A stretch of 61,773 nucleotides of DNA from an uncultured Syntrophales bacterium (lineage in GTDB: Bacteria; Desulfobacterota; Syntrophia; Syntrophales; JADFWA01), in NCBI GenBank assembly GCA_964652795.1, contig CAZZBF010000007.1, positions 1-61,773 of the forward strand, given 5' to 3'. The notes under the pieces are model-generated. The model did not search any database and had not been told where the DNA came from. It was given only the letters and a program-made list of their open reading frames with translations. The first letter of the stretch is position 1; every line of letters starts with the position of its first letter. Below, in pieces: positions 61,502 to 61,773 of this stretch. The translations under genes were made by a program, and so were the position numbers.

Positions 61502-61773
61502 ACTTTCACACCTCGGAATTAATTTTGAAAAAAAATGAAGTGACGGCTTCGTAAAAAGCCGAAATTCCTCTCTACCGGAGGATATAGGCTCTGACTTAAT
61601 TATTCGGGATTTTCACATTAATACTTACTACGGGCAGCACACAAAAACTCGTTTTTCCTTGTTTGAACACCTGATATTGTGTCTGCACATCAAAAAAGCC
61701 GCCGAAGGAAACATGACTAAAAATTTACCCAACGGTTACTTCAGCCCAGAAATCGCACGGTGAAAAAAGTCTG

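Noticed and set aside
61541-61560. TGACGGCTTCGTAAAAAG resembling the end of a small deltaproteobacterial MITE
   Set aside because: Only one end is visible and the resemblance is from memory; no partner repeat in the window.

Overview
Bacterial window, most consistent with an anaerobic Desulfobacterota (Syntrophia-like) genome; this is inferred from gene content and was not searched. There are four blocks. (1) 1-31492 (+): a large, visibly AT-richer surface-polysaccharide cluster (wecB/fnlC-type epimerase, GT4/GT2 transferases, wzx, DegT aminotransferase, RmlC-like cupin, NAD-dependent epimerases, seven SAM-dependent methyltransferase genes including two NDP-sugar C-methyltransferases, an initiating sugar transferase and a PglF/CapD-like dehydratase). 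It is interrupted by two nests of dead IS elements and carries three decayed genes (cmcI-like, a degT stub, asnB-like). (2) 31598-47959: a divergently transcribed methylmalonyl-CoA pathway cluster (meaB and two-subunit mutase on -; sucCD, mce, malic enzyme, two-subunit fumarase, four-subunit succinate:quinone oxidoreductase and two tandem acyl-CoA carboxyltransferases on +). (3) 48218-51614 (+): gmd-fcl, then atpZ-atpI-atpB with no atpE. (4) 51727-61501 (-): an hdrL(hdrA fusion)-flxD-flxC-hdrC-hdrB-flxB-flxA electron-bifurcation cluster. The most striking observation is that the two carboxyltransferase paralogs are reciprocally degenerate: one keeps canonical acyl-CoA-binding N-domain motifs and the other keeps canonical carboxybiotin-binding C-domain motifs, suggesting an obligate heteromer with half its sites active. 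I saw no tRNA, rRNA or CRISPR array.
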